Source: Candidatus Rokuibacteriota bacterium
GTDB lineage: Bacteria > JAUVQV01 > DATDCY01
Assembly (NCBI GenBank): GCA_031406795.1
Contig: JANOHV010000053.1
Span: forward strand, 1 to 54,866
Direction: 5' to 3'
DNA length: 54,866 nucleotides
The position numbers and the translations under genes are program-made. Of the stretch, positions 10,060 to 19,778 are shown in pieces (within the stretch, counting starts at the first letter, position 1; the number at the start of each line of letters is the position of its first letter). Below the pieces are notes generated by a model, which was given only the letters and a program-made list of their open reading frames with translations, was not told the DNA's origin and did not search any database.

Positions 10060-11640
10060 TCAGCGCAAATCGTGGACCGTGAGGGTGATGGCGGCGCGGT
10101 CGAAACGCCCGTCGGATCCGGCCGCCGCGCGCATCGTGCTGACCGCGCCCAGCAGGTCGATGTCGCGCGCGATGTCCGGCGCGTCCGGCCACTTGGCGGC
10201 GAGAAGTCCCGAGATCGGCGCACTCCAGCGGCGCAGCAGCGGCAGAGCCTTCTCCACCGAGACGGAGGCGACGGCGCTGACCGGCCACGGCGGATCGCCG
10301 GGGTCGCTAGCGGCGGCTTCGCCCCCGTCGTCGGCGACCGCAGCGATGAGCGCAGTATCCGTCGCGAAGACCAGTTGCGGGCCGACCGCGGCGCCCCCCA
10401 GATCGAATTCGCCGGCGAGGGGAATGGACTCGCGGGTCGCCAGCGCGGGCGTCCCGCCACCGGACGCCGTCCGGGCGGTGGGCGGGTAGAGCAGCGGCAG
10501 CGCACGGGCGGCCTCGGCCGCGCTCGGCATGCCGATCACCACGAGACCCCGCGGCACGGGGAAGAACCCGCCCCCCCCCGAGCTTTCGGTGACAACCACT
10601 GCATAGCCGCTGCCGACCTGGATCGCGTTCGCTGGCGCCGGGGCGCCGGGGTTCCGCCGGATCACGGCTTCGCGGCGGGTCTGAAGCCACTCGGCGAGAG
10701 CGCTCGGCAGGGGCTCGCGACTCGCCAGCAGCAGCAGCGGCGAGCGGCGCATCAGGGCGATTCCCGGCAGGAGCCCCGGCTTGCCGCCGGCAGCTGCCGC
10801 GGGTCGCGGCGCGTCGGCCTGGGCCACCAGGTCGAGTTCGATCGTCTTTCCGGCAAGCACCCGCGCGCCGACGCTTCCGCGACCGGTGCGGCCGTCCGGC
10901 CAGGCCGCCGGGAGCGAATACCCGTCACGCAGCCACGCGAGGATTTCGCCGCGTGCCGGCAAGGCTGCGCGGACCTCCAGAAAGGCCGGCTCGCGGGTGA
11001 CACCGAAGCCCGCATCCCCGGCGGCGCGCGCGGCACTCGAGACCAACGAACGATCGGAGCCGCCGACGAGCACTCTGCCGGCGAGAAAAAGGTGCAGCGA
11101 GCGCCCGTCGCTTGCGGGGAGGGAAAAAACCGCGCGGCCGGCGATCTCCTCGCGCGACACTGCCGCCGCGCCCAGTCCGGATATCCGGCCGAGTCTCATC
11201 ACGGTCGCGACCGCCCAGGCGCGCCAGCTCAGTCGGCCGGCGGCGACCCAGTGCATGGCGCCGGTGCCCCCGCCGGCCGGGGGATACCAGCCCACAGCGG
11301 CTTCGGCGCCGATCAGATCGAAAGCGCTGCCGCGGCCGGGCGAGACGCCGCTGATTCGCTCGACCTCGGCGAGCACGGAGTCGAAGGCCATCACCGCGTC
11401 GGTGCGCTCGAGCCACTGCCGGGTGGCGCTCCGGGCGAAAGCCGCGGCGAACCGGGTTCCCGAAAGGCGCTGGGCCAACGCCTCGGCATCGCGGATTTCC
11501 ACGACGCCCGATGCTCCCGGCGGCAACAGATCGACTGGGGTGGGGGAGCCGACCGTGGTCAACCAGAGGAAGTACGCGCCGGCGCCCAGGGCGCCGGCGA
11601 TTACCAGGCGGAAGAATACGCGCCGAACGCGCCCCGCCAT
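10060..11640 (-). CDS. Membrane-anchored hypothetical protein (DUF3352-like by general layout)
   Basis: ATG overlaps the larC stop (TGATG); N-terminal TM helix then P.DLLP motif; family assignment is weak. Confidence 0.65.
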   Translation of the reverse strand: MAGRVRRVFFRLVIAGALGAGAYFLWLTTVGSPTPVDLLPPGASGVVEIRDAEALAQRLSGTRFAAAFARSATRQWLERTDAVMAFDSVLAEVERISGVSPGRGSAFDLIGAEAAVGWYPPAGGGTGAMHWVAAGRLSWRAWAVATVMRLGRISGLGAAAVSREEIAGRAVFSLPASDGRSLHLFLAGRVLVGGSDRSLVSSAARAAGDAGFGVTREPAFLEVRAALPARGEILAWLRDGYSLPAAWPDGRTGRGSVGARVLAGKTIELDLVAQADAPRPAAAAGGKPGLLPGIALMRRSPLLLLASREPLPSALAEWLQTRREAVIRRNPGAPAPANAIQVGSGYAVVVTESSGGGGFFPVPRGLVVIGMPSAAEAARALPLLYPPTARTASGGGTPALATRESIPLAGEFDLGGAAVGPQLVFATDTALIAAVADDGGEAAASDPGDPPWPVSAVASVSVEKALPLLRRWSAPISGLLAAKWPDAPDIARDIDLLGAVSTMRAAAGSDGRFDRAAITLTVHDLR

Positions 11641-12815
11641 CAGGTCGGCTTCGACCGCGACGCCGCCTCGATGACCTCGCGCAACGGGCGGCCGGTCTTC
11701 TCGGCAATGCGGCGGCAGTCCTCGTATTCGGGGGCGTAGCGGATCTCTTCGCCGCCGAGAACGGCGGTCTTGATCCGCACCGTGCCTCCCGCGACCCCGA
11801 CCTCGAGCTGCGCGCGCTTGAGGATGACGCGGCCGGTGCGGCGCATGCGGTAGCCGAGCGTGCCGGTCTCGCGCATCAGCAAGGCGCCGAGCGCGGCCTC
11901 GCGCCCCTCGGGGACGATCGCCGTGAGCAGGTGGCCGGGGCGGCCCTTCTTCATCAGGCACGGCGTGACGAAGGCCTCGCGCGCCCCCTCTTTCAGCAGC
12001 CGCTCGAGGGTGTAGCCGATCACCTGGGGCGAGAGGTCGTCGAGGTTGGTCTCGATCTCGACGACCTGCTCGGTGAGTGTTTCTTCGGAGTCGGCCGCGG
12101 CGCCGAGCAAGATCTGCAGGCAGTTGGGGCGGCCCGGGAAATCGCGATCGCCGGCGCCGTAGCCGGTCCGTTCGATGGTGAACGGCGGTGTGGCGGCTCG
12201 CGCCTCGGTGAGGTGAGTGAGCAGCAGGGCCCCGGTGGGTGTGGTCATCTCGCCGCCGGCGTCTTCCTGAAAGATCGGGCGGCCCTCGAGCAGCCGGGCG
12301 GTGGCAGGCGCCGGTACGGGAAACAGACCATGCTCGGTCCGCACGGTCCCGCCGCCGACGTTGACCGGCCCGCAGTAGGCCCGCCCGATTCCGAGCGCGC
12401 GCCAGCCGTAGAGCGTGCCGACGACGTCGACCAGAGTGTCGGCGGAACCGAGTTCGTGGAAGTGCACGGTCCCCGGCGTCGAGCCGTGCGCGGCGGCCTC
12501 GGCGGCCGCGAGCCGCTCGAAGGCGCTTTCGGCGCCGCGCAACAAGCCGGGGTCGAGACTCGATCCGCGCAGTGCTTCCTTGACCTGGCCGAGCGTGCGA
12601 AACGTCGGCTCCTTCCCCGCGAAGATCGCGGACACCTTGCGCGCACGCAGGCCCTGGCGGGCGACTTCGCGCACCTCGAGCCGCAGCCCGGGGAGCGGGA
12701 GGCGCTTGAGGGTCGCCTCGATGTCGGCGGGGTCGATCCCCAGGTCCACGATCGCGCCGAGGAACATGTCCCCGCTGGCGCCCGAGAACGCGTTGACGCA
12801 CGCTACCCGTGTCAT
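11640..12815 (-). CDS. larC: Nickel pincer cofactor nickel insertase LarC
   Basis: FSGASGDM, VHFHELG..D, PVPAPAT, TPTGA, ETNLDD, MKKGRPG, ETGTLG, PEYEDC. Confidence 0.92.
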   Translation of the reverse strand: MTRVACVNAFSGASGDMFLGAIVDLGIDPADIEATLKRLPLPGLRLEVREVARQGLRARKVSAIFAGKEPTFRTLGQVKEALRGSSLDPGLLRGAESAFERLAAAEAAAHGSTPGTVHFHELGSADTLVDVVGTLYGWRALGIGRAYCGPVNVGGGTVRTEHGLFPVPAPATARLLEGRPIFQEDAGGEMTTPTGALLLTHLTEARAATPPFTIERTGYGAGDRDFPGRPNCLQILLGAAADSEETLTEQVVEIETNLDDLSPQVIGYTLERLLKEGAREAFVTPCLMKKGRPGHLLTAIVPEGREAALGALLMRETGTLGYRMRRTGRVILKRAQLEVGVAGGTVRIKTAVLGGEEIRYAPEYEDCRRIAEKTGRPLREVIEAASRSKPT

Positions 12816-12852
12816 AGTACCGTCCTTACGCTTTCTGAAAACCCGGTAACCG

Positions 12853-12980
12853 AGCAGGCTGCTCAAAAAGGTCCATATGCAAGGCGCGCGAGTCCTGAGG
12901 ACTGAGGCGTACAAACAGTACGCCGCAGGGACGAAGGGCGAAGCGGAACGCCGCAGATGGGCCTTTTTCAGCGGCCTGCT
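12853..12980. mobile_element. About 128-bp MITE-like element (family B)
   Basis: Terminal inverted repeats AGCAGGCTGCTCAAAAAGG / CCTTTTTCAGCGGCCTGCT, internal GGCGTAC..GTACGCC hairpin; related copy at 40636-40760. Confidence 0.7.
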
Positions 12981-13744
12981 CAGGCACGTTTGCGCTCCCC
13001 GAGGAGGTTGACGCGGTGGGCCAGCATTGCCGCTCCGAAGCCGTTGTCGATGTTCACGACGCCGATCCCGGCTGCGCACGAGTTGAGCATGGTCAGCAGC
13101 GGGGCGATGCCGCCCGCCCCGGCGCCGTAGCCGACGCTGGTCGGCACGGCGATCACCGGGCAGTTCACGAGCCCGCCGACCACGCTCGCGAGCGCCCCTT
13201 CCATCCCCGCGACGGCGACGATGACGCGCGAGCGATCCATCTGCGCGCGGTGGCTCAACACGCGGTGCAGCCCGGCAACCCCCGCGTCGTAAGCGGTCGT
13301 GACCCGGCTGCCCAGCGCGCGCAGCGTCTCCACCGCCTCTTCGGCCACCGGGATGTCGGAAGTGCCGGCCGTCATGACCAGCACCGAACCGCGCGTGATC
13401 TTCGGCGCGCGGCGGGTCACCGTAATCACGCGCCCGGCCTCGTTGTAGCGCGCCAGCGGCACGGTCGCCTGCACGGCGGTGAACACGTCGGGTGTCGCGC
13501 GGGTCGCGAGGACGTTCGCGCCCGCGTCGAGCAGCCGCTCGACGATCGTCACGACCTGCCCCGGGGTCTTGCCCTGGCAAAAAACGACTTCCGCCTGACC
13601 CTGGCGCAAGCCCCGATGGTGGTCGATCGCGGCGAAGGGGAGGTGTTCGGTCGGCCAGTGCTTGAGCCGTTCGAGCGCCCCGGCGACGCCGAGCGAACCC
13701 CGGCGCACTTCCTGGAGCAGCTTCTTCAAGTCGTCGCGTTCCAT
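12980..13744 (-). CDS. larB: Nickel pincer cofactor biosynthesis protein LarB
   Basis: AGTSDIPVAEEA, AGMEGAL, PTSVGYG, MLNSCA..VVNIDNGFGAA. Confidence 0.95.
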   Translation of the reverse strand: MERDDLKKLLQEVRRGSLGVAGALERLKHWPTEHLPFAAIDHHRGLRQGQAEVVFCQGKTPGQVVTIVERLLDAGANVLATRATPDVFTAVQATVPLARYNEAGRVITVTRRAPKITRGSVLVMTAGTSDIPVAEEAVETLRALGSRVTTAYDAGVAGLHRVLSHRAQMDRSRVIVAVAGMEGALASVVGGLVNCPVIAVPTSVGYGAGAGGIAPLLTMLNSCAAGIGVVNIDNGFGAAMLAHRVNLLGERKRA

Positions 13745-13840
13745 CCCGCCGGCGAGTATACCAGAGCGCGGCGCCGGGCCGGTGAACCGGCGGGCGCGGC
13801 CGTGTGCTATAGTCTGCCGGCGAAATCGTCGAAGAAGATT

Positions 13841-16531
13841 ATGCTCAATCGCTGGCACGCTGAAGACCGGGAGGTCGTCCTCCATCAGCTCGGCACGGAT
13901 CCCGCGCGCGGCCTCGCGCCCGCCGAGTCGAGCCGGCGGTTGCGCGAGCACGGGCGGAACGTCATCCGTGAGCCCGGACCCACGTCGGCCGCGCCGCTGC
14001 TGCTGCGGCAATTCACCGACGCGCTGCTGCTGACGTTGCTGCTGGCGGCGGCAATCGCGGGGTATCTGGGGAATTGGGCGGATTGCGTCACGATCGGCCT
14101 GCTCGCGCTGCTCAACGGGTTCCTCGGCATCTTTCAGGAGTTTCGCTCCGAGCGCGCGCTGGCGGCTCTCTGCCGGCTGAGCGCCCCCTCGGCGCGCATC
14201 GTGCGGGGCGGCAAGTCGTTCCTGGTCCCCTCGGGCGAACTGGTCCCGGGGGATCTGGCGGAACTCGCCGCGGGGGATCGGGTCGCCGCCGACATGCGCC
14301 TGTACGCCGCGCAGCGACTCTTCGCGGACGAGTCCGCGCTCACCGGCGAATCGCTTCCGGTCGGCAAGGACCCCTCGCTCGTGCTGCCCGAGGGCACTGC
14401 GCTTGCCGATCGCGCCAACATGCTGTTCGCCGGCACGGTGGTCACCGGGGGGAGCGGGACGGCGATCGTCACGGCGACCGGGATGCGCACTGAGGTCGGC
14501 AGGATCGCCCGTTTGCTCGAGGAGGTCGCCCCCGAACCGACGCCGCTGCGCAAGCGGCTGGCGGAACTCGGCCAGACGCTGGTTCTCGGCGGGCTAGCCG
14601 TCTGCGCCGCCGCCGCCATCGCGGGCCGCCTCCACGGGGCGTCGGTCGCGGCGCAACTGCAGGCCCTGGTCGGCCTGATCGTGGCGATCGTTCCGGCGGG
14701 GCTGCCGGCGATCGCGACCGTGGTGCTCGCGATCGGCGTGCGCCGGCTCGCGCGGCGGGGTATCGCCGTGAGCGCTCTCCCGGCTGCGGAGACGCTGGGG
14801 GCGATCACCATCATCGGGACCGACAAGACCGGGACGATGACGCGCAACGAGCTGGTCGTGCGCGAATTGTTCCTGGAGGGTGAAACGCTCGAGATCACCG
14901 GCTGCGGGTACGCGCCGGAGGGCGCGATCTTGCGCGCCGGGTGTCCCGCGGACCCCGGGGACTGGGAGACCCTTGGCGCGGCGCTGCGGATCGGCGCACT
15001 CTGCTCGAGCACCCGACTGGAACAGCGCGAGGGCGGCGCCTGGCGGATCGTCGGCGATCCGACCGAAGGGGCGCTGCTGGCGCTCGCCGCCAAGGGCGGG
15101 GTCTGGCGCGACGAAATCGCGGGCGAACACCGGCCGATCGCCGAATTTCCCTTCACCGCGGAACGACGCCGCATGACCGTGGTCGTCACCGGGCGCGGCG
15201 CCCGCCCGCTGGCGCTCACGAAGGGCTCCCCGGACATCGTCCTCGCGCACTGTCTGCACCAGCGCACGCCGGCCGGGGTGCGGCCGCTCTCCCCCGTCGA
15301 CCGGGAGCGCATCCTGCGGCACGGCGAGGAGATGGCCGGCCGGGCGCTGCGCGTGCTCGGCCTGGCCTACCGCGAGGATGCGCTCGGCGCCGACAGCCGC
15401 GCCGTGGAGCGGGCGATGGTCTGGGTCGGTCTCGTCGGCATGCTCGATCCGCCGCGGCCCGAGGTCGTCGCCGCCATTGCCGAGTGCCGCGCGGCGGGCA
15501 TCAGCCCCGTGATCATCACCGGCGACCACAAGCTGGCGGCGCTCGCCGTGGCGCGCGAGGTCGGCGCGCTTCGACCGGGGGACGAGGCGATCAGCGGCGA
15601 GGAGCTCGACCTGCTGACCCCCGAGGCCCTCGGCGCCTGTGTGGAGCGCTATCGCGTGTACGCGCGCGTCACCGCAGAGCACAAGTTGCGCATCATCAGG
15701 ACCTGGAAGCGGCGCGGTCACCTCGTCGCGATGACCGGAGACGGCATTAACGACGCCCCGGCGCTGCGCGAGGCGGACATTGGCATCGCGATGGGGCGGG
15801 GCGGGTCCGAAGTCACGCGCGAGGCCGCCGGCGTCGTGATCGCCGACGACAGCTTCGTCTCGATCGTCGCCGCCGTGGCCGAAGGGCGGGGCGTTTACGA
15901 AAGCATCCGGCGGTTCGTCGCCTACCTGCTCGCGGGCAACGCGGCGGCCACGCTGGTGTTGCTGGCCGCCGCGATCGCCGGGGTGCCCCCGCCGCTTCTG
16001 CCGATCCAGGTGCTCTGGATCACGCTGGTTGTCGCCGCCCTGCCGGCGCTTGCGTTGGGGACCGAACCATTCGACCCCGCGCTGATGAAGGAGGGACCGC
16101 GCAGCCCCCGGGAGAGGATACTCGGCGGCGCCGCGGCGGCGCGCCTGGTTTTGGAGGGGTCGGTGCTCGGCGCAGTGGCCCTGGCGGCCTTCCTGCTCGC
16201 CTGGCGCAACGGCGCGGCGGATCTGACGCTCGCCCGCACCCAGGCCTGCGCCGTTCTTGCGGCGGCCCTGGTGGTGCACTCCTTCAGCTGCCGGCACCGG
16301 CTCCGCTCGGCCTTTTCACCCGGGACGCTCGCCAATCCCCGGCTCTTCGGGGCGGCGGCGCTCGCGGGCCTGCTGCTCGCGGCGGTTGTCCAGATGCCCG
16401 TGCTCGGGCAGCTCTTCAGCACCGTGCCGCTGGCGCGAGAGGAGTGGCTGCGGGTCGCCGCGCTGGCCCTGGTGCCGCTGCCGATGATGGAGATCTTGAA
16501 AGCGCTGCTCCGGAACCGCGACCAACGGTGA
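13841..16531 (+). CDS. P2A (SERCA-like) P-type ATPase with atypical membrane ion-binding site
   Basis: DESALTGES, DKTGT, GDPTEGAL, KGSP, DPPRPEV, TGDH, MTGDGINDAPAL; but TM4 reads VPAGLP and TM6 reads WITLVVAA. Confidence 0.9.
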   Translation: MLNRWHAEDREVVLHQLGTDPARGLAPAESSRRLREHGRNVIREPGPTSAAPLLLRQFTDALLLTLLLAAAIAGYLGNWADCVTIGLLALLNGFLGIFQEFRSERALAALCRLSAPSARIVRGGKSFLVPSGELVPGDLAELAAGDRVAADMRLYAAQRLFADESALTGESLPVGKDPSLVLPEGTALADRANMLFAGTVVTGGSGTAIVTATGMRTEVGRIARLLEEVAPEPTPLRKRLAELGQTLVLGGLAVCAAAAIAGRLHGASVAAQLQALVGLIVAIVPAGLPAIATVVLAIGVRRLARRGIAVSALPAAETLGAITIIGTDKTGTMTRNELVVRELFLEGETLEITGCGYAPEGAILRAGCPADPGDWETLGAALRIGALCSSTRLEQREGGAWRIVGDPTEGALLALAAKGGVWRDEIAGEHRPIAEFPFTAERRRMTVVVTGRGARPLALTKGSPDIVLAHCLHQRTPAGVRPLSPVDRERILRHGEEMAGRALRVLGLAYREDALGADSRAVERAMVWVGLVGMLDPPRPEVVAAIAECRAAGISPVIITGDHKLAALAVAREVGALRPGDEAISGEELDLLTPEALGACVERYRVYARVTAEHKLRIIRTWKRRGHLVAMTGDGINDAPALREADIGIAMGRGGSEVTREAAGVVIADDSFVSIVAAVAEGRGVYESIRRFVAYLLAGNAAATLVLLAAAIAGVPPPLLPIQVLWITLVVAALPALALGTEPFDPALMKEGPRSPRERILGGAAAARLVLEGSVLGAVALAAFLLAWRNGAADLTLARTQACAVLAAALVVHSFSCRHRLRSAFSPGTLANPRLFGAAALAGLLLAAVVQMPVLGQLFSTVPLAREEWLRVAALALVPLPMMEILKALLRNRDQR

Positions 16532-16586
16532 AGAGGGCTCGGGGCGGCGGGGGCGGGGTTGATCCCCGCCCGGCAGCCACCGGTTG

Positions 16587-17228
16587 CTAGCGGCGACGGA
16601 CGCGGCAGCGCTCGGCGATGACGATCGCGCGGAGGGCCTCCACGGCCTTCTCGATCCGGTCGTTCACCACGAGATAGTCGTATCGCTCCGCCTGCGCCAG
16701 TTCCGCGCGGGCGATGCCGAGACGCCGCTCCAGGTCGAGGGGATCGGCGCCCGAGTCGCGTCCGCGCAGCCGCCGCTCGAGCTCTTCCGTCGACGGCGGG
16801 ACGATGAAGATCAGCACCGCTTCCGCCGCCTGCGAGCGCACCTGGAGCGCCCCCTGGACGTCGATTTTGAGGAGCACGTCGTTGCCGCCGGCGAGTTCGG
16901 CCTCGACCCACCAGCACGGCGTGCCGTAGTGACGGCCGGCATACGAGGCGTGCTCGAGGAAGAAGCCCTCGCCGATGCGCTGCAGGAAATCCTCGCCCGA
17001 GAGGAAGAAGTAGTCGACCCCCTCGATTTCTCCGGGGCGTGGCGCGCGGGTGGTGGCCGTGATACAGCGGCGCAGGCGCGGCGGGCAGGTCTCCGCGCTG
17101 AAGAGCGGCGCGAGCACGGCGTCTTTGCCGGCGCCGCTCGGGCCGGAGAGCACGAACAGCTTGCCGCGCGCCGGCGCCGGGTCTTCCTGCAGGTCGGGTT
17201 CGCTTGCGACGCTCGTCACGGTTGTCAC
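16587..17228 (-). CDS. gmk: Guanylate kinase
   Basis: SGPSGAGK, TTRAPRPGE.EGVDYFF, IDVQGA. Confidence 0.93.
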   Translation of the reverse strand: MTTVTSVASEPDLQEDPAPARGKLFVLSGPSGAGKDAVLAPLFSAETCPPRLRRCITATTRAPRPGEIEGVDYFFLSGEDFLQRIGEGFFLEHASYAGRHYGTPCWWVEAELAGGNDVLLKIDVQGALQVRSQAAEAVLIFIVPPSTEELERRLRGRDSGADPLDLERRLGIARAELAQAERYDYLVVNDRIEKAVEALRAIVIAERCRVRRR

Positions 17229-17258
17229 CCGAGGAATTATCGCATACCATGCCGCACC

Positions 17259-18359
17259 ATGAAACTAGCATTGATCGGACTGGCCAACAGCGGCCGCACC
17301 ACGCTTCTCAACGCGCTCGCCGGGCTCTCGCTCGAAACGCAGCCCTACCCGAACACGGAGGGCGAGCCGCACCGCGCGGTCGTCAAGGTGCCCGACGCCC
17401 GGATCGACGAACTCGCGCGCATCTACACCCCGAAGAAGACCACCTACGCCACCGTGGATTACGTCGATTTCCTCGGTTTGATCAAGGGCGAGCCCGAGCA
17501 GAATCGCCGGGTCTTCGATTTCTTCAAAGACGCCGACGCGCTGGTGCACGTCGTGCGCGCCTTCGGGGACGAGGGCGTCCTGCACCCGCTCGAGACGGTG
17601 GACGCGCTGCGCGATTTCAACACGGTCGAGGAGGAGCTGATCCTCGCCGACCTCGAGCTGGTGGAGAAGCGCCTCGAGCGCATGGAGGAGGGGCGCAAGC
17701 GCGGCAAGCCTCCCGACGAGGGCGAACGGCGGATCCTGCAGCGGTTCAAGGAAATCCTCGAGAGCGAGCAGCCGCTGCGTCACACCGTCTTCAGCGCCGA
17801 GGAGCTCAAGGCGACGGCGCACCTGCAGTTCGTCTCGGCCAAGCCGCTGCTGCCGGTCGTGAACGTCGCCGAGGACGATCTCTCGGGCCCGCGCCGCGCG
17901 GCCCTCGAGGCGGCGTTCGCCGAGCGCCTCGCGCGCTACCCCGAATACAACCGCCCGGCCGTGCTGTTCTGTTCCGCGAAGATCGAGATGGAGATCGCGC
18001 AGCTCCCGCTCGAGGAGGCCGCGGCCTTTCTCGCAGATCTCGGGATCGCCGAGTCGGCGCGCGTGGCCGTGATCCGCGCCTCCTACGCCCTGCTCGGGCT
18101 GATCTCGTTTCTGACGGCCGGCGAGGACGAAGTGCGCGCCTGGACGATCCCGCGCGGGCTCTCGGCGCAGAAGGCCGCCGGCAAGATCCACTCGGATATC
18201 GAGCGCGGGTTCATCCGCGCGGAGACGGTCTCCTACGACGATTTCATCAAGGCCGGCGGCAGCATGAACGCGGTGAAAGCCGCCGGTGCGGCCCGCCTCG
18301 AGGGCAAGACCTACGAAGTGCGCGACGGGGACATCATCAATTTCAAGTTCAACGTCTAG
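17259..18359 (+). CDS. ychF: YchF/OBG-family P-loop NTPase (YchF-like)
   Basis: VKVPDARID, D..GLIKG, ELILADL, AAGKIHSDIERGFIRAE, RLEGK.Y.V.DGD. Confidence 0.85.
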   Translation: MKLALIGLANSGRTTLLNALAGLSLETQPYPNTEGEPHRAVVKVPDARIDELARIYTPKKTTYATVDYVDFLGLIKGEPEQNRRVFDFFKDADALVHVVRAFGDEGVLHPLETVDALRDFNTVEEELILADLELVEKRLERMEEGRKRGKPPDEGERRILQRFKEILESEQPLRHTVFSAEELKATAHLQFVSAKPLLPVVNVAEDDLSGPRRAALEAAFAERLARYPEYNRPAVLFCSAKIEMEIAQLPLEEAAAFLADLGIAESARVAVIRASYALLGLISFLTAGEDEVRAWTIPRGLSAQKAAGKIHSDIERGFIRAETVSYDDFIKAGGSMNAVKAAGAARLEGKTYEVRDGDIINFKFNV

Positions 18360-18375
18360 GTCCAATGGGGAGGAA

Positions 18376-18753
18376 ATGAACATGAGTAGATCGGCACGCG
18401 TAACGATTCTGTCGGCCGGACTGCTGCTGCCGCTTCTTTTCGCGCACCGCAGCGTCGCCGGCCAGTTCGAGGACGCCGTCGCCCGGGGCGAAAAGCTTTT
18501 CGCCGACGCCAGCCTGGGCACGAACGGCAAGAGCTGCAACAGTTGCCACACCGATTCGGGCAAGGGGGACAGCGCGCTCACCGGCCGGTCGCCCTTCCCC
18601 AAAGTCTTCTCGATGGCGAAGCAGATGCGGACCCTCGACCAGACCATCCAGGGCTGCATCATGGGCGCCCTGAAAGGCCAGCCGCTGCCCTGGGACGACG
18701 CGCGCCTCACCGATCTCGCGACATATGTGAACTCGCTGTACCTGAAGAAATAG
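18376..18753 (+). CDS. Periplasmic monoheme cytochrome c (SoxA/TsdA-like fold)
   Basis: Signal peptide, CNSCH, downstream LDQTIQGC..GQPL motif. Confidence 0.8.
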   Translation: MNMSRSARVTILSAGLLLPLLFAHRSVAGQFEDAVARGEKLFADASLGTNGKSCNSCHTDSGKGDSALTGRSPFPKVFSMAKQMRTLDQTIQGCIMGALKGQPLPWDDARLTDLATYVNSLYLKK

Positions 18754-18772
18754 CCTGCTCGCCACGCGACCC

Positions 18773-19750
18773 GTGCGCAGGATCCTCGCCGCGGACATCG
18801 GCGGCACGAACAGTCGATTCGGCTACTTCGAGACCGGCGGCGACGGCGGGCTTTCGCGGCGCGCCACGAAATGGCTGCGCACCCGGGAGGCGCGCTCCTT
18901 CGGCCACTTGCTCGAGATGCTGCGGGCCACGGACTTCCCGCTCGCCCCGGAGGAGGCCGACGTCGCCGTCGTCGCGATCGCCGGCCCGGTGCTCGGCGGC
19001 GTGCGCAGCGCACCCCCATTCATCCCCTGGGCCGTTGATTTCTCGCGCGCCGCCGGCGAATTCGGTCTCCGTCGCTCGCTGCTGATCAACGACTTTGCCG
19101 CGCAGGCCTTCGCCACGCGATCAGCGGCGGTGGCGACCGCGCGGCCGATCATGCCGGGTCGGGCGGTGGATGGCGCCGGCGTTGGCGTCCTTGGCGCGGG
19201 CACCGGTCTCGGGCAGGCGGCCCTCCTGCCCGACGGCAGCGGCGGGTACGTCGCGATCCCCTCGGAAGGCGGCCACGCGGAATTCCCGCTGGTGGGCCGG
19301 GAGGAGTTCGCTCTCGGGGAGTTCCTGCGCAAGGAACTGGGCGTGGCGCGGCTGACGAGCACCATGGTCGTCTCCGGGGCGGGGTTGAGCAACATTCACT
19401 GGCATCTCACCGGACGCCGCCTGCGGCCGGAGGAGGTCACCGCCGAGTTCTCCCCCGGATCGTCGACCCTGGCCTGGGCCGCGCGTTTCTATGGCCGTGT
19501 CTGCAAGCTATTCGCCCTGCAGGCGGCGGCCTTCGGCGGCATGTACGTCGCCGGTGGCGTCGCCGCCCACGCCCCGGAGCTGCTCACGCACGCAGCGTTC
19601 GCGGAGGAGTTCCGCACCTCGGTCAACATGGCGGAACTGCTGCGGGAGATCCCGGTGTCGCTGATCACGGACCAGGAGAGCGGCCTCTGGGGAGCGGCAT
19701 TCCTCGGGGCTCAGGAACTGCAGGATCGCCCCGACAAGCGCGGGGAATGA
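18773..19750 (+). CDS. glk: Glucokinase
   Basis: LAADIGGTNSR, INDFAAQA, GAGTGLG, SEGGH. Confidence 0.9.
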   Translation: MRRILAADIGGTNSRFGYFETGGDGGLSRRATKWLRTREARSFGHLLEMLRATDFPLAPEEADVAVVAIAGPVLGGVRSAPPFIPWAVDFSRAAGEFGLRRSLLINDFAAQAFATRSAAVATARPIMPGRAVDGAGVGVLGAGTGLGQAALLPDGSGGYVAIPSEGGHAEFPLVGREEFALGEFLRKELGVARLTSTMVVSGAGLSNIHWHLTGRRLRPEEVTAEFSPGSSTLAWAARFYGRVCKLFALQAAAFGGMYVAGGVAAHAPELLTHAAFAEEFRTSVNMAELLREIPVSLITDQESGLWGAAFLGAQELQDRPDKRGE

Positions 19751-19778
19751 GCGTCCCCGCGGCGCTCGCCCGCGCCCG

